From a bacterium (GTDB taxonomy: Bacteria; SAR324; NAC60-12), in the NCBI GenBank assembly GCA_965233585.1, contig CBDDTI010000615.1:2936-66935 (forward strand): a stretch of DNA of 64,000 nt, given 5' to 3'. Shown piece after piece: positions 11,621 through 24,082 of the stretch. The notes under the pieces were generated by a model. It saw only the letters and a list, made by a program, of their open reading frames with translations, did no database searches and was not told where the DNA came from. Numbering within the stretch: the first letter of the stretch is position 1; every line of letters begins with the position of its first letter. The translations under genes were made by a program, and so were the position numbers.

Positions 11621-12781
11621 TTTTTTTCTTTTCTTGAAAGTAAATTGAAATCAATTGACAGTAATTTTAAATCAATTGAAAGTAACTTCAAATCAATTGA
11701 AAGTAACTTGAAATCAATTGAAAGTAAATTGAAATCAATTGAAAGTAAATTGAAATCATTTCAAAATAAATTGAAATCAATTGAAAGTAAATTGAAATCA
11801 ATTCAAAATAAATTGAAATCAATTGAAAGTAAATTGAAATCAATTGAAAGTAAATTGAAATCAATTGAAAGTAACTTCAAATCAATTGAAAATAGCTTCA
11901 AATCAATTCAAAATAAATTGAAATCAATTGAAAGTAACTTGAAATGAATTGAAAGTAAGTTGAAATCAATTGAAAGTAAATTGAAATCAAAATAAATTGA
12001 AATCATTTCAAAATAAATTGAAATCAATTGAAAGTAACTTCAAATCAATTCAAAATCAATTGAAATCAATTGAAAGTAAATTGAAATCATTTCAAAATAA
12101 ATTGAAATCAATTGAAAGTAAATTGAAATCAATTCAAAATAAATTGAAATCAATTGAAAGTAAATTGAAATCATTTCAAAATAAATTGAAATCAATTGAA
12201 AGTAACTTGAAATCATTTCAAAATAAATTGAAATCAATTGAAAGTAAATTGAAATCAATTCAAAATAAATTGAAATCAATTGAAAGTAAATTGAAATCAT
12301 TTCAAAATAAATTGAAATCAATTGAAAGTAAATTGAAATCAATTCAAAATAAATTGAAATCAATTGAAAGTAAATTGAAATCAATTCAAAATAAATTGAA
12401 ATCAATTGAAAGTAAATTGAAATCATTTCAAAATAAATTGAAATCAATTGAAAGTAAATTGAAATCAATTCAAAATAAATTGAAATCAATTGAAAGTAAA
12501 TTGAAATCATTTCAAAATAAATTGAAATCAATTGAAAGTAAATTGAAATCAGTTCAAAATAAATTGAAATCAAAATAAATTGAAATCATTTCAAAATAAA
12601 TTGAAATCAATTGAAAGTAAATTGAAATCATTTCAAAATAAATTGAAATCAATTGAAAGTAAATTGAAATCAATTCAAAATAAATTGAAATCAATTGAAA
12701 GTAAATTGAAATCATTTCAAAATAAATTGAAATCAATTGAAAGTAAATTGAAATCAATTCAAAATAAATTGAAATCAATTT
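11485..12781. repeat. 21-bp satellite, second copy
   Basis: Same units as 3895-5083, somewhat longer. Confidence 0.97.
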
Positions 12782-12907
12782 AAATCTATCATTTTTTTTA
12801 ATATCACACTATTCTGTACCCGTCACCTTCTTTTTTCCACACTATTCTGTATCCTAGATTTGTTTGGGGGGGGGTCCCCTGTACTAATCTGTAACCTACA
12901 TTATTCG

Positions 12908-13565
12908 AAAAGAGAGTCTTTGCCTTTCAGCTCATGCAACCTTCTCGCCTTGCCTCTGGCGATTGATTTTTCCGATCATGGCCTCTTCTGTGCCTGGTGG
13001 TATACCTGCACTGAAAGGTAAACTGGATGGGTCTGCCCTTTCCTCAACATTCTCAATTGCTTCTTCGACCAAAACCGGCGGCAACGACGGTGTCATTGGA
13101 GCAATGGATGAAGGGGGCAATGCAGGTGTTGGAGGCATTGAAACAGCTGGACTCAAGGGTGATCTCTGTCTTCCCTCGGATGCAATCTTGTCTGCACGAA
13201 TCAAACTAGTGAATCTTGCTTTGCATGCAGCGTTATGAACACCTCCAGCATTTTCGCAAGCCTTACAACCAGGTGAAGCACCCTATCGAATCAACCTATC
13301 TAAGGTTATGTACTCATTCCGTTCTCTAGGTGTCGCACTGGATGGCAGCGATGAAAATGGAACATCAATGTTTGGCACACCTTCTAATTTCAAACCACCA
13401 AACTCAGCCAGTGCTGCTTGTGAAGCTGTGAACAAAGGCATGATTGGATCACCCTCCGGAATGAAAACCTCTTCAAAAGGAACGCTAACGGGAACATTAT
13501 AACCTGGAGTCTTATCTTGAAGGGATTTATAATCCAACACCAAGTGCACTCCTTTGAAGTGCGGT
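12908..13565 (-). pseudogene. Duplicated copia pol fragment, second copy
   Basis: Matches 5212-5869 and 24208-24865. Confidence 0.9.
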
Positions 13566-13634
13566 ACCTCAGAAAGCTGTTTGTTGCTCTGAAAAGACTC
13601 AGCAGGCTGAGAGTAATCATCAGCTCTCAGGATT

Positions 13635-14965
13635 CTACTGAGACCTTTGTCTCTTTCTGCTGGGAGTAGGGTTTTCTTTCTGTCTCATGCTGAGGTACCT
13701 CTCAGAGTTGCTATTGGCACAACCTTTGAGAATTTTGATGGCACTACTCATGGTGATGCCTTTCTGAGCTATGAATTCTTGGAGCATCTGAGCAGCTTCA
13801 GCTTCCTCAGTTTCCTTCCTTATTTGAATCTCCTCAGCTTCCATCTCCACTGAGCTGATGACAGTCTTGAGGTTAGCCATGTCTTTCTGAGTTGCCGGAG
13901 ACTCTTCCTTCATCCTGAAGAGATCTTCCTGGAGTCTGGCCTCAGTTTCATCCTGCAGCTTCTGAGCTTTTGTCATCAACTCTAAGCAGTTTTTCATCTC
14001 ATCTATCTCAGGAATGAGATCCTCATAATCACAATTCATCTGAGCATTCTCCACCTTCTCCATCATAGCTGAGCATCTGCCATGAGGATCCATCTGGTCC
14101 AGCTGAGAATAGTAGTACTGAGCACCTTTCTCTTGCTTGGCCTGGGATGCCTGAGAAGGCCTTGCCTTAGGGATCATTGGTCTGCCTGGAAGCTCAGGAC
14201 AAGGCTGAGGAGAAGAAGAAGTGCCAGCACCATGCATGAACTGAGCCTTACCATACTTGTCCATCACTGAGGTAGCCCATGGCAATGGGTCCATGCTGAG
14301 AATCCTGGCATGGTACCACTGCAGCACTGACTGAGACCATCCTCCCTGAGCCTGAATGCTAACTGCTTTGAATGAAGCAACCAAGTAGGCTGTAATTGAT
14401 TACTTTTATCAGGAAACCAAGTCATTACTCATTTGTCTAAGTAATTGATTATATAATTAATGTGGATTACTTAGGTTTTGAATTGTCACTGTGGTACTTG
14501 TAATTAGCAGTAATACTTGCATTATGAGCACAAAAAATCAGGAGCAAAAACATTTAATGAAACAAAAAGAGCATGAGTCTAAGTCAACCCAGGAACTTTG
14601 CATTCTCGACATCCTGATTGCCAAGGGATTCTGCTGAGAAAGATTTTGTGGCCTTTGCCACAGTCAAACTGTGGCTCATCCAAGTACCTGGGGTAAAAGA
14701 CCACCTGTGATGGATTAGCTTCCTGAAACAACTCAGACATGGAAGGTTTCTGAGGATCAGGTTTTGGCTTCAGCTGAGCATAGTTTCCACTTGTTGATGC
14801 TTCATAAGTCATCCCATCAGGGATAGTACTGAGGACTGCCTGAGCTACCCAGGGCCCAGATCTGCCTGTAGCATCAACTTCTCCTGAGCCCTTGTCTGAG
14901 TGTGTGCCTCTGGAATCTCCTGAGCCTGATGCTGCTTCCCAATTCCAGTGGTGCTGAGAACTCAT
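13635..14965 (-). CDS. Cassette gene ZC, variant 2 (duplicate); intron 14352-14596
   Basis: Near-identical to 5939-7270 (one K/N difference in the ORF track). Confidence 0.75.
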
Positions 14966-15245
14966 GGCTTGCAAGAAGTGCAGCTGAGTTGATGCTAATC
15001 ACATTGAGATCAAGGAGCTGCTGATCACATAGACATGCAGAATTCAACTTCATGCAAGCCTTAAAAAGCTGAGGAATCACATAGACATGCACATATAAAA
15101 ATGCTACAACTTAATTGGTTAATTAATCAATTAGTTAGCTAATTAGCAAATTATTTGATGTCAACATTAATTAATTACTGATAAAACTGACCAAAAGTCT
15201 AAGATTATGGCCAATCCCACACCACCAGAAACACCCTTCAGTCCT

Positions 15246-15824
15246 CTAGGGCTCTTCAGTCTTGGCCTTCTTGGACTTGGGCTCAGCATCTGATGATGGT
15301 GGATCTGATGCTGCTTCATCATCCTGCTCAGAGTCACCAAAGACCTGAGAGTCATCATCCTGCTCAGAGTCACCAAAGACCTGAGAGTCATCATCCTGCT
15401 GAGAGTCACCAAAGACCTGAGAGTCATCAGCATGCTGAGAGTCCTCAGTGACCTGCTGGGGCATCCTGCTGAGCACTTTGTCCCTGATCTCAGCAAGCTC
15501 CTCCTTGATCACATCAGCCCTGAGGTTCTCAATGTTCTGGCAATGCTGGACCCACTGATGCTGCCTGACCTCCACAAGTGCCAGCATGTTGAGCAGCTCA
15601 GCCTTGCACTTGATGAGGTTGAATCCATTTCCCTGAGACTGTCCACTGAGGGAGGCATGCACCTTGTGCAGCTCATCAAGGGAAGACCTGAGGTCCTGAT
15701 GCTCCCCCATGTCGATCTCATGCCTACTGAGGAAGATAAGAGCATCCTGAGGTGTAATGCCAAGATCTGAGATGAACTTAAGGAGCTGTCCCTCTTCCTG
15801 AGTAGTAAGCTTCCCCATTGCCAT
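15246..15824 (-). CDS. Cassette gene AC, variant 2 (duplicate)
   Basis: Same protein as 7552-8130. Confidence 0.7.
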   Translation of the reverse strand: MAMGKLTTQEEGQLLKFISDLGITPQDALIFLSRHEIDMGEHQDLRSSLDELHKVHASLSGQSQGNGFNLIKCKAELLNMLALVEVRQHQWVQHCQNIENLRADVIKEELAEIRDKVLSRMPQQVTEDSQHADDSQVFGDSQQDDDSQVFGDSEQDDDSQVFGDSEQDDEAASDPPSSDAEPKSKKAKTEEP

Positions 15825-16209
15825 GGCTGAAAAAGTTAGTGCAGTGGAACTGAGCTAAGGTTCTACTGGCTGTGTTTGATCCTTCACAAGCTCAAAAATC
15901 AACCTGAACCATTGCAAAGAAGCTGAGAGGTTGCATACAAGCTCAATCTAAGCCATAACTCATGACACCAAATCAAAGTTGAACATATTGTGATTAATTA
16001 ATGAACAGTTAGTTATAGAAATGGTTGGTTCCTTCAGCTGAGTTCAACCTTAGTCATTGAAACCTCACCCAGACCCACCACTTTCCCAAACATTTTATGG
16101 CAATGCCTTTTGCTGATAGTGCTATGCTGATGCATACTGAGCCTTGCTCAGGACAAAGTTGGAAACAACTGAGAAGCTAGCTGAGGTAGAAGATGATGTA
16201 GCTCACATT

Positions 16210-16256
16210 CTGAGGTTCTACTTCATAGTGAGTCTCACTATGAAGTAGAACCTCAG
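16210..16256. repeat. Perfect 47-bp palindrome (duplicate)
   Basis: Same sequence as 8516-8562. Confidence 0.95.
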
Positions 16257-16649
16257 TGCCTTGGCTTCTCCTTCTCCTCAGCACTGAAGATGCTCACAAC
16301 TAAGAAGGATGATGTAGTCACCAGGTACTCCACTTGCTCAGGATGCTGATGTCCTGTCAGGGACAAAAAGCTGAGAGCAAAGCATACAACTCTTTGACAC
16401 TAATCTCAGTGTATAGTGTTCATTGAATAATTAATCAGATAAATAAGTCTCTACCCATCAATGTGTGTCAAGCAAATTGACTATGCAATCAAATACTTCC
16501 AACAATTAACATGCAGAAGAAGCCCTCCACATCCCTCCAGAGCTGCACACTTTTTTCCTAAGGATTCAAGCTGCATGGATTGCTTCTGAAAGCAAATTTA
16601 AAAAGCACAGTGAGATTTCACTCAGTGATGTTCCATCTGCCTGAGGCAG

Positions 16650-17995
16650 CTACTCATCCTCATCATTCTGAGATTTTTGCTTCTTAGGTGGAGGGCTGAG
16701 CAAATAGAGAACCCTCTGCCTTGAGATTGGCAGCTTCTCTATGAAATCTTCAATTTCCTGAGTCATGAAAGCATCCTGAGCCTCCTGAGCATCCCTCTCA
16801 GCTTTTTCAGCCTCCTGCTGAGCCTCCTCCTCAGCTAGTACTGCATCTTTCATTAAAAGCATGTTCTCATGGGTTCCTTGGAAAGCAATGATGTTGTTTG
16901 AAATCTCCTGAGACACATCTTCCATCAAGCTGAGATCCTTCTTCAGTCTGGCCACAGTCCTTTCCTGCATTTTCTGAGCTTGTTCCATCAATTCTATGCA
17001 TTCTTTGAGCTCATCCATGTGAACTAACAGGTCCTCCAGAGGTTGATCATTCATGGAAGCATCTGAGAGAAGCAGAGCCATTGCTGAGCACCTACCCTCA
17101 GGATCCATCTGCTGGAGCTGGTTGAAGTAGTATGCTTCACCACTAGGACACTCACTGGCCTGAGGTGGATCAGCTGGCCTTGCCTTAGGCATCACTGGTG
17201 TGCCTAGAGGCTCAGGAGGACGCTGAGAAGATGAAGGCCTAGAAGCAGAAGGATCTTCCATGAACTGAGCCTTACCATAATCTGCCTTCACTGACTTAGC
17301 CCATGGCAATGGATCCATGCTGATCATCCTGGTGTAGTACCACTGGATCACCCACTGAGGCCATCCATCTGAGCCCTCAATGCAAGCTGCTTTGAATGAA
17401 ACAAAAAAAAGTAGACTGTAATTGATCAATTAATTCATGATGTTACCAAGTAATGAATTGCTCAATTAATTAATTAATTGGCTAATTAATTAATTATATG
17501 ATTAATGTTGTTTACTTTGTTTTGAACTGTCACTGAGGTACTTGTAATTAGCAGTAATACTTTAGTTCAAAGCACATAAAAATCAGGAGCAAAAAACAGG
17601 TAAACAAAAATAACATTATTCTAAGTCCACCCAGGAACTCTGCATTTGCCACATCCTGACTGCCAAGGAATTCTGCTGAGAAAAATGTCAGCTCCACAGG
17701 AACCACAGGCAACCTTAGGCTCATCCAAGTACCTGGGGTACTTGACCATAACTTCCTTATCCTGATTCTGGAACAGCTCAGAGATGTAAGGTCTCTTAGG
17801 ATCACATGGTTGCACCAACTGAGCATGCTTTCCCTTCTCTGATCTATACACCATTCCAGCAGGAATAGTGCTAAGGAGTTGCTGAGGTACCCAGGGCCCA
17901 TATCTGCCCTCAGCATCCTTTTTTCCTGAGCCTTGGGCAGCTGTCCTCTGCTGCCAAGGGTGATTCTGCTGACTAGCAGCAGTGTTTGAACTCAT
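16650..17995 (-). CDS. Cassette gene ZC, variant 3 (duplicate); intron 17376-17638
   Basis: Near-identical to 8956-10299. Confidence 0.75.
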
Positions 17996-18220
17996 GGCTT
18001 GCAAGAAGTGCAGCTGAGTTGGTGGAAATCGCACTGAGATCAAAGCAGCTGAGGAATCACATAGACATGCATAATTCAACACCATGCAAGCAAAATATCT
18101 AGTTGACTAATTCATTTATTACAATTATATATAATGAATCAATAAATATATAGTTATTGAATATGATGCATGTGCAAGTAATTATAAGAAACTTACACAT
18201 GCATAAGCATGCATTACTGA

Positions 18221-18400
18221 TCAAGATTGCCACAAGTCTGAGGCCATGGTCAAGCTGAGCACCAATCCTACCCCACCAGAAACACCCTTCAGTCCTCTGG
18301 AGCTAAGTGATCTCATGGTGCTGAGTGATTCCAGCATGCTCTTCAGCAGCACCATTGCTGAGAAAATCAACACAGTTGGATCTGAGCCTTCACAAGCTTT
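18221..18400 (-). pseudogene. Cassette gene AC, variant 3: internally deleted or empty remnant
   Basis: Keeps the upstream GCTTGTGAAGGCTCA motif and the 3' constant block (CCACCAGAAACACCCTTCAGTCCTCT on +), with only about 60 nt between the ATG and that block. Confidence 0.55.
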
Positions 18401-18429
18401 GGTATATAACATCAAAACTAAGTAAAGAT

Positions 18430-20052
18430 TTTCCAAAGGATGAGTTTCAGCCAACCAAAAAAACATGAATGATCATGATACAAAATAGTATGGTTTGTTT
18501 GGGGGTACACTATTGTGTCCAGCTGCTTCCTGAGGTGTTTTTTTAACATTCTCTTTACCTTTTCCTTTGCTATTATTTTTTATTTTCTCAATTAGTTTCT
18601 TTTATTTACAATTCTCAGAAATGCTCAATTTCTCAAAATATATGATGCCTTATTAAAACCCAATTAAAAAACATGACCCAAACAATTTTTCAAGAGGGTA
18701 GTCCATGAGCAATCCTGATACACAATAGTATGGTTTGTTTGAGGGTACACTATTGTGTCCAGCTGCTTCCTGAGGTGATTTTTTTTTAACATTCCCTTTA
18801 CATTTTCCTTTGCTAAAGTTTATGTCTTTTATTTTCTCAATTAATTTCTTTTATTTAGAATTCTCAGAAATGCTCAATTTCTCAAAATATATGATGCCTT
18901 ATTAAAACCCAATTAAAAAACATGACCCAAACAATTTTTCAAGAGGGTAGTCCATGAGCAATCCTGATACACAATAGTATGGTTTGTTTGAGGGTACACT
19001 ATTGTGTCCAGCTGCTTCCTGAGGTGATTTTGTTTTTTAACATTCCCTTTACATTTTCCTTTGCTAAAGTTTATGTCTTTTATTTTCTCAATTACTTTCT
19101 TTTATTTAGAATTCTCAGAAATGCCTAATTTCCCAAAATATATGATGCCCTATTAAAACCCAATTAAAAAACATCACTCAAACAATTTTTCAAGGGGGTA
19201 GTCCATGAGCAACCCTGATACACAATAGTATGGTTTGTTTGAGGGTACACTATTGTGTCCAGCTGCTTCCTGAGGTTATTTTTTTTTCAAGCATTTCCTT
19301 TCCCTTTTCCTTTACTAAAGTTTGTTTCCTTTTACTTAGCTTCATTCTTCTTGGAATCAAAACCAAAGGCTTTCCAAAGGATTAGTTTCAGCCAACCAAA
19401 AAAAAACATGAATGATCCTGATACACAATAGTATGGTTTGTTTGAGGGTACACTATTGTGTCCAGCTGCTTCCTGAGGTGATTTTGTTTTTTTAACATTC
19501 CCTTTACATTTTCCTTTGCTAAAGTTTATGTCTTGTATTTTCTCAATTAGTTTCTTGTATTTAGAATTCTCAGAAATGCCTAATTTCCCAAAATATATGA
19601 TGATACCTTATTAAAACCCAATTAATTTTCCTTTGCTAAAGTTTATTTCTTTTATTTTCTCAATTACCTTCTTTTATTTAGAATTCTCAGAAATGCTCAA
19701 TTTCCCAAAATATATGATGCCTTATTAAAACCCAATTAAAAAACATCACTCAAACAATTTTTCAAGGGGGTAGTCCATGAGCAACCCTGATACACAATAG
19801 TATGGTTTGTTTGAGGGTACACTATTGTGTCCAGCTGCTTCCTGAGGTTATATTTTTTTTCAAGCATTTCCTTTCCCTTTTCCTTTACTAAAGTTTGTTT
19901 CCTTTTACTTAGCTTCATTCTTCTTGGAATCAAAACCAAAGGCTTTCCAAAGGATTAGTTTCAGCCAAGCAAAAAAAACATGAATGATCCTGATACACAA
20001 TAGTATGGTTTGTTTGAGGGTACACTATTGTGTCCAGCTTCTTCCTGAGGTG
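18430..20052. repeat. Array 3: 7 dyad cores
   Basis: Cores near 18477, 18717, 18966, 19217, 19420, 19789 and 19992. Confidence 0.95.
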
Positions 20053-20728
20053 AAAAAACAATCATCCATCCAAGTAATTATTTTAAAGAATATCAAATCT
20101 AAATTGATTCACATCTGCTAAATTCAATCTTAGTCCATGCTGCTAAGTTTAATCTCAGTAATTAATTAATTATCTTAGTGCTTGCAACTCTACCCAACCC
20201 CATCACTTTCCCAGCCATCTTTTGCCAGTGTGTCCTGCTGATAGTCACATGCTGAGACATTCAAAAATCATTAAGCCTTGCTTAGCTCAATGTAAAAAAA
20301 ATCACTCAAGCTTGCTGAAGACCTTAATGCTGAGTGAGGTAGGCAGAACGCTGAGGTCCTGTCAGGGACAAGAAACTGATAGCAAAACTGAAAGACCCAT
20401 TATTTGACACTAAACTCAGTGATGTTAATGTCCAACATTACCCATTACTTATGCTAAAGTAATCAATTAATTAACTAAATAATTAATTAATTATTAATTC
20501 ATTAATTAGTTAATTAAGTAATTAACTAATTAATTAATTAATCAATTATTCTAAACTGCAACAACAACCAGCAGCAGTGGCAAAACCACCCACATCACTT
20601 CAGAGCTGCACTCATTTTTTTCTGCCAGCTAAGCAATTCTTCACAATGCCTCTGGTATAATTACTCAGGAAGTGACTAAGGCTTCTAATTAACTATATAT
20701 CTGCTCAGCAGTCATGCACCTGAGTTAA

Positions 20729-21883
20729 TTATACATCCACAACTTCCTTCACTGAGTCCTGAGGCTTGTGATCAATCTGAGGAGCTTTTTGCATCAGCTG
20801 TTTGACATCTAGTTCACTCATTTGATGAGTTTCCATGAACTTTCTCAGAGCTACCTTATTCACAAGATCCTGAGACAGCTTCTGCTCCCAGTACAACTGA
20901 GCTCTGTTCACATTCAGTTGAAGCTCAGCATGCAAAGCCCTGAGCTCACCTTGCTCCTCTTCCATGTTCTTAGCATCTTTCCTGAGCCTAAGCATTGTGA
21001 GCTCCTGAGATTCAAGTGCCTGCTCAAGTAGAAGAATCTTGGACTTCATGTCCTCAATCAGGTCAGGTACATTGTCCAAGTCACTGAGCTTCTGATCTGA
21101 TTCTGAGTTGTCCAGGAGCTTGTCAATCTCATTGATGTTCAGCTTTTGGAGCTCAGACTTGACATAGCCCTGAGCATCATTGGCAGTCCTGATAGGCTGA
21201 GGCTTCCAAACTGAGCTTCTCTGCATATTTGATAAAGCAGCATCTAGCACATCGAAGGGCTGATGAGGTCTGCCTGAGCCCTTCCCTGTTGATGAAGAAG
21301 CAGTTGCTGCTGAGAATCCAGCTGGTGCATCAGGCTCAGGAGGCTTGAACTGAGCTTGTCTGAACTGAGGAGCTACAAATGCACCCCAAGGCAATGGGTC
21401 CATTCTGAGCACCTCAGTGTAATATCTTTGAATCACTTCCTGAGACCAGCCATTGTGTTCCTGCAGGGTTGCAAATGGTGTCCATGAAAAAATGACAACT
21501 ATATCAGTTAATTAATGCTCATTGTCCTATGCTAAAACACACACACCAACAAAAAAAATCATCCATTTGTTCAACCCAGGCACAGAGCATTCTCTACATC
21601 CTGATTGCCAGGGAATTCTGCTGAGGAAGACTGTGTGGCCATTGCCACAGTCAGCCTTAGGCTCCCTAAGGTATCTAGGATACTCCACAATGTTTTCTGA
21701 GTCCAAGTTGTTGAAGAGTGCTAAGCATGAGGGTTCCTGAGGTGGATCATTGGACTGAAGCTGGTAGCGCCCTTGGCCACCCCTCTGAGCCCACAAAACT
21801 CCATCTGGCACCTCAGCAGGCTTCTCTTCAAACATAGGATGAGGTTTGCCTGAGCCTCTCCCATGATAGTCAAAGAAAGACAT
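20729..21883 (-). CDS. Cassette gene ZC, variant 1 (duplicate); intron 21461-21583
   Basis: Same proteins as 106-1260. Confidence 0.75.
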
Positions 21884-22159
21884 GGCTGAGATGATATGGA
21901 GCAAAAGTTGATTAGTCCTTGCCCTTAGATTTGAGCCTTAAAAAGCTGAGGAATCACATAGACATGCACAAATATGAACATGCTACAACTTCATTGGTTA
22001 ATTAATTAGCTAATTACTCAATTATAAGAAACTTAAACATGCATAAGCATGCTAACTAATTAATTAATTGATTAATTAATTAATCAAAATTGCCAAAAGT
22101 CTAAGATTATGTCCAAGCTGAGCACTAATCCCACACCACCAGAAACACCCTTCAGTCCT

Positions 22160-22998
22160 CTAGGGCTCTTCAGTCTTGGCCTTCTTGGACTTGGGCTCAG
22201 CATCTGAGGATGGATCTGATGCTGAATCATCACTGCTCATAGGCTGAGAGTCTAAGACCTGAGAATCATCAGCCAGCTCCTGGGACCCAAAGGGTGTATC
22301 TGATGGTGCTTCATCATCACTCCCCATAGGCTGAGAGTCTAAGACCTGAGAGTCCTTAGCCACCTCCATCACCTCATGGTCAGGCTGTGCATTCAACTCC
22401 TTTTCCATATCCTGAAACTTGCTGAGGGTAGCATCATCAAATGTATCAGACTTAGCAGGTTGGGCAGGCTGGGCAGGCTGAGGAAGAGGGATACACTCTG
22501 ATGGCCAACCATCCTGAGCATCCTGAAGAGCTGTCTTGAGAATCCTAATCCATTGCCCCTGAGTGATCTTTGGGTAACCCTTGAAGTCTTTGAAGATCTG
22601 ACTGAGTTCATTCCTGAAACTGAGCATCACCCAATCAGGCACAGCATCAGGATCCTCAAGCTGAACCAACTGCTGAGTGTAGTACTTCTGCAGCATGTCC
22701 ACAAACTGTTCCTGAGAGCACCTGAGCTCCACCTTGATGTCAGCCATCTCAGCTGTCAGAGCCACCACCTTCATGGAGTTGCTTAAAGAACCACCCAAAA
22801 ATATAACTCATTGCTAATTAACCATTTAACTAATTAATTAATGGATTTCCCATTGGGAAACAAAAAACAAATCCAAGCCTTAGGACTCAAAGAGAATTTC
22901 TCCAGAGTCAGGATATTCCTGAGGTTGGAAAACCATTCCACAAGATGATAATTGTAGTCCTTCCTGAGCTTGTCCATCTCAGTGTTGAATTGCTCCAT
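22160..22998 (-). CDS. Cassette gene AC, variant 1 (duplicate; probably 2 exons)
   Basis: ORFs 22160-22798 and 22834-23019; ATG at 22998. Confidence 0.6.
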
Positions 22999-23276
22999 GG
23001 CTGAGCTGATGGGATGCAAAGAAGCTGGCTAGAATGGGCTTGAGCCTTCACAAGCAAAGAAATAAATCCCCCCATGTGAGATGAAAATGGATTGAAATCA
23101 AATGAAAAGCAATTCCTTGTTAATTAATAAATTAAGTTGAAATCAATTCAAAGTGAAGTGAAAATCAATTGAAAAACAATTTAATTAAACAAATTGAAAA
23201 TCAATCGAAATTAATTTGAAATCATTTGAAATCAATTGAACATCAGTTGAAAATGAATTGAAATCAATTGAAATCA

Positions 23277-24082
23277 AAACCAAAGGCTTTCCAAAGGATG
23301 AGTTTCAGCCAAGCAAAAAAAAACATGAATGATCATAATACACAATAGTATGGTTTGTTTGAGGGTACACTATTGTGTCCAGCTGCTTCCTGAGGTTATG
23401 TTTTTTTTCAAGCATTTCCTTTCCCTTTTCCTTTACTAAAGTTTGTTTCCTTTTACTTAGCTTCATTCTTCTTGGAATCAAAACCAAAGGCTTTCCAAAG
23501 GATTAGTTTCAGCCAAGCAAAAAAAACATGAATGATCCTGATACACAATAGTATGGTTTGTTTGAGGGTACACTATTGTGTCCAGCTGCTTCCTGAGGTG
23601 ATTTTGTTTTTTTAACATTCCCTTTACATTTTCCTTTGCTAAAGTTTATGTCTTTTATTTTCTCAATTACTTTCTTTTATTTAGAATTCTCAGAAATGCT
23701 CAATTTCCCAAAATATATGATGCCTTATTAAAACCCAATTAAAAAACATCACTCAAACAATTTTTCAAGGGGGTAGTCCATGAGCAACCCTGATACACAA
23801 TAGTATGGTTTGTTTGAGGGTACACTATTGTGTCCAGCTGCTTCCTGAGGTGATTGTTTTTTCTTTTACTTGAAAGTAAATTGAAATCAATTCAAAATAA
23901 ATTGAAATCAATTGAAAGTAAATTGAAATCATTTCAAAATAAATTGAAATCAATTGAAAGTAAATTGAAATCAATTCAAAATAAATTGAAATCAATTGAA
24001 AGTAAATTGAAATCATTTCAAAATAAATTGAAATCAATTGAAAGTAAATTGAAATCAATTCAAAATAAATTGAAATCAATTT
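23277..24082. repeat. Array 4 (3 dyad cores) followed by a short 21-bp satellite
   Basis: Cores near 23337, 23540 and 23792; satellite about 23870-24082. Confidence 0.95.
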
